DNA of 64,000 bases from NCBI GenBank assembly GCA_002269645.1, contig NIVC01001914.1:158287-222286 (forward strand), written 5' to 3'. How positions within the stretch are numbered: position 1 is the first letter of the stretch; each line of letters starts with the position of its first letter. Source of the stretch: Macrostomum lignano. Lineage: Eukaryota. Below are positions 61,326 through 64,000 of the stretch, piece by piece. Position numbers and translations under genes: made by a program. The notes beneath the pieces are model-generated. The model ran no database searches and was not told the origin of the DNA. It saw nothing but the letters and a program-made list of their open reading frames with translations.

Positions 61326-62189
61326 CTTTTAAACTGAATAAAGCACATGAAAACAAAAAAATAATGGATGGTATATCAACTGTCTTGTTTATAATGCCAT
61401 ACTTAGATAGCTTTTGAAACTTTGAAAGTTTTAAGCAATCAGCTTAAATGCATTGGTCCCCTGATATTTTTAATTACTTTGAAATCTTTTTTGGGCCAAT
61501 TTAGGGTTTTAATTTTGAAGCTTACTGAATAAGATTAGCAAAAAAATACAAATAAAATTGGTAAGATATAGAGCATTCTGCCCAAAAAATACAAAGCCTA
61601 AAAATTATAAGAACATATAATTAAAAAATATTGAAATAGTTCAATATCTAAATTATCAAAATTAAGAAAAACCTTGTTGCAGGAAAAACTTGACAAGAAA
61701 ACCTTCAGCAAGAAATCCTCATTGCAGGAAAAGCTGATGGCCTCATGCAAGCAAATTTCAGTAGGATTTTTTTGCAATAATTTTTGTGCTTCTAATAAGA
61801 TATAAGTAATGAAAAAACTTGTTAAAATAAATATTATTGATTTGATAGGCCTACTAATAATATTATTAAATATACAATGAAGCGTATATAATATAATTCT
61901 AAATTTATAGATAACAAGCTGTTGAAACCGGCGGATTTTGAACCTGGGGAATTCTAATCCCTGGAACTACTTTTGCATGTATTCTGAAATCTAAGGCCAT
62001 ACACAAACAAAAACTTGTTAATAGTATTAGTAGGATAGAGGTAGACATAAAATGGACACATTTGTGTAAAATTAGGATTTGAGGCAAACATCAATTTGAT
62101 ATTGTTGGCTGGGGTACTGCACAGAATGTCAGGCAATGTTTATCTGACTCTAAAACATCCTTTAGGATATCCCTAGCATCCTTTAAAAT

Positions 62190-62487
62190 TGCTATTGTCT
62201 TTTCTGTTTCCTCTCTTCTCTCTTGTCCCTCGTCTCTCCCCTCTTCTCTTGTATCTTCCCTCATCTCTCTTCTCTTTTATCTCTCTTATCTCATCTCTTG
62301 TCTCTTCTTTTCTCTCTCCTCTCCTCTCTCCCCTCTTCTCTCTTCTCTCTCCTTCTCCTCTCTATCCTTTTCTCTCTCCTCTACTCTCTCATCTCTCCTC
62401 TTTCCTCTCTCTCATCTCTTCTTTCCTCCCTCCTCTCTCCCCTCTTCTCTCCCCTCTTTTCTCTCTCATCTTTGCTCTCTCATCTTT

Positions 62488-62562
<75 letters not shown>

Positions 62563-63250
62563 TCTTTCTCTCTTTTCTCTCTTATCTCTCTACTTTCTCC
62601 CCTCTCCATTCTCCTCTTACCACTCCTCTCTCCTCACTCACTTCTCTACCTTTGTCTCTCCTCTCTCCTCTCATCTTTGTAATCTCTCCTCTGTTCTCTC
62701 TACTCTCCCATCTTTCATCTGTTCACTCTCGTCTCTGCTCTCTCATCCCCCTTTTTAATCTGGCATGTCTGTCTTATATGTTCTCTCACCTCTCTCCTCT
62801 GTACTCTTTTCTTTCCCTCTTTTGACTCCTCATTTTCCTTTCTCCTTTCTTCTTTTCTCTTCTCTTCTCTTTTCTATACTGTCTCCCTCTCTTCTCTCTC
62901 TCCACTCTCCTTTATCTCTCATCTCTCCTTCCACCTTTCATCTCTACAACCTTAGAGATGTAGAGATGTATCTTTATCTCTTCTCTCTTCCCTTTACTCT
63001 CTCATCTCTTCTTTCACCTCTTTCCTCTATGCTCTCCTCTCTGCTGTCTTCTCTCTCCTCTTATCTGCAGCTCTCTGCTCTCTCATCTCTACTCTCTCCC
63101 CTTTTCTCCCCCTCTCTCTCTCATTGTCCTCACCCTCATCTCTCCTATTATCTTTTATCTTTTCTTTTATCCCCTCTGTCGCCTCTCCTATCTTTGAATC
63201 GTCTATTCCTTCTTCTTTCCACTCTCATCTGCCCTCAGCCATGAGCTGGA
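62190..63250. repeat. Degenerate CT-rich low-complexity tract with pure (CT)n core at ~62490-62555
   Basis: Directly visible. Confidence 0.93.
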
Positions 63251-64000
63251 TTCTTTATCTGGTCTTTGAGGTAAAAATCTGCCCATCCCTGCTTGGAAAG
63301 CCAGTTTGTAGGACGTAGTACTCTCATGGTTGTTCTCATGCTTTGATCATGTCATCTTTCTTGCCAATTTGCAGCCTTGAAAGGAATTTGTGTATCTTCA
63401 GCTCCACTGCAGTCTGAATCAGTCTATACCAAAAAAACACATTTCTTAGGCCATTTAAAATTTACACAGTACCTTTAAAAGAAACCTAAAATTTCCATGG
63501 TGTGCCTAATTTAGTAGGGTTGTATAGATTGCATTGCATCGCATTGCCTTTTCATAAATCTTTCGCTTTTACAAACCATGCTAGATTCTCAGATTCCCTC
63601 GATTTGCCAATTGCCATCCACTGTTAAACTGCTACAGAGTTTGCCAATACAGAGGGGAGGGCAGTGGTTAGAATTTCTTACTAAACTGTTATGGCTAAAC
63701 ATAGCCTCTCCAGAGTCTCCACTCTTGGGGTGCAGAGAAGGCTATAAATAAAATTATTCCAAAACACTGTACATTTGCTATGTACATTCAGTCCTATCGC
63801 CTGACCCTTGGTCTGGCTCTGGGGGAATGAATAAGTGAGTGGCACAAACAACAGAAAAAGCAGACAAACTTCACATGTTTACAGTTTCTGTTCTGATTGA
63901 GTTACAGAGTTGAAACTTTACATTTAGACAGAGAATGAGTCAATGAAGAATTGTGTCAAGTTTGAAGTTAATTGCTTTACATGGAGCAAACTTATGGAGC

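Noticed and set aside
62189-63244. Leu/Ser-rich hydrophobic ORFs
   Set aside because: Translations of the CT low-complexity tract.
63240-63720. Coding-like patch near the window end
   Set aside because: Stops in all frames examined and no family motif recognised; cannot be supported.

Overview
Eukaryotic (animal) genomic DNA, not prokaryotic. The GC-rich exons, very short introns and minisatellite load suggest a Macrostomum-like flatworm, but that is inference only. By my rough coordinate tally about 30 kb (~45-50%) is tandem repeat, in ~27 arrays with mostly different units. Spliced genes reconstructed from GT-AG junctions that keep frame: a divergent Bicaudal-C-like KH protein (-), a C1orf53/DUF5522-like protein (-), a DENND1-like Rab GEF (-, 5 exons), RSPRY1 (+, 5 exons), a secreted PAN/apple + LamG-like protein (-) with a decayed paralog beside it, and TTC39A/B (-, 8 exons). 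Mobile DNA: a decayed mariner, a 137-bp hAT-type MITE, nested TIR elements, a tRNA-derived SINE (2 copies), and a Helitron-like non-autonomous element carrying minisatellites and a tRNA-like cassette. Most striking pattern: all 13 introns >400 nt in the three large genes hold a minisatellite, nearly always of a different unit, and several arrays are built from motifs that look functional (inverted complementary cores flanking one exon, 3' splice-site mimics, nuclear-receptor palindromes, TTAGGG). Most long ORFs in the supplied track are repeat read-through artefacts. All homology calls are from remembered family motifs; no search was run.
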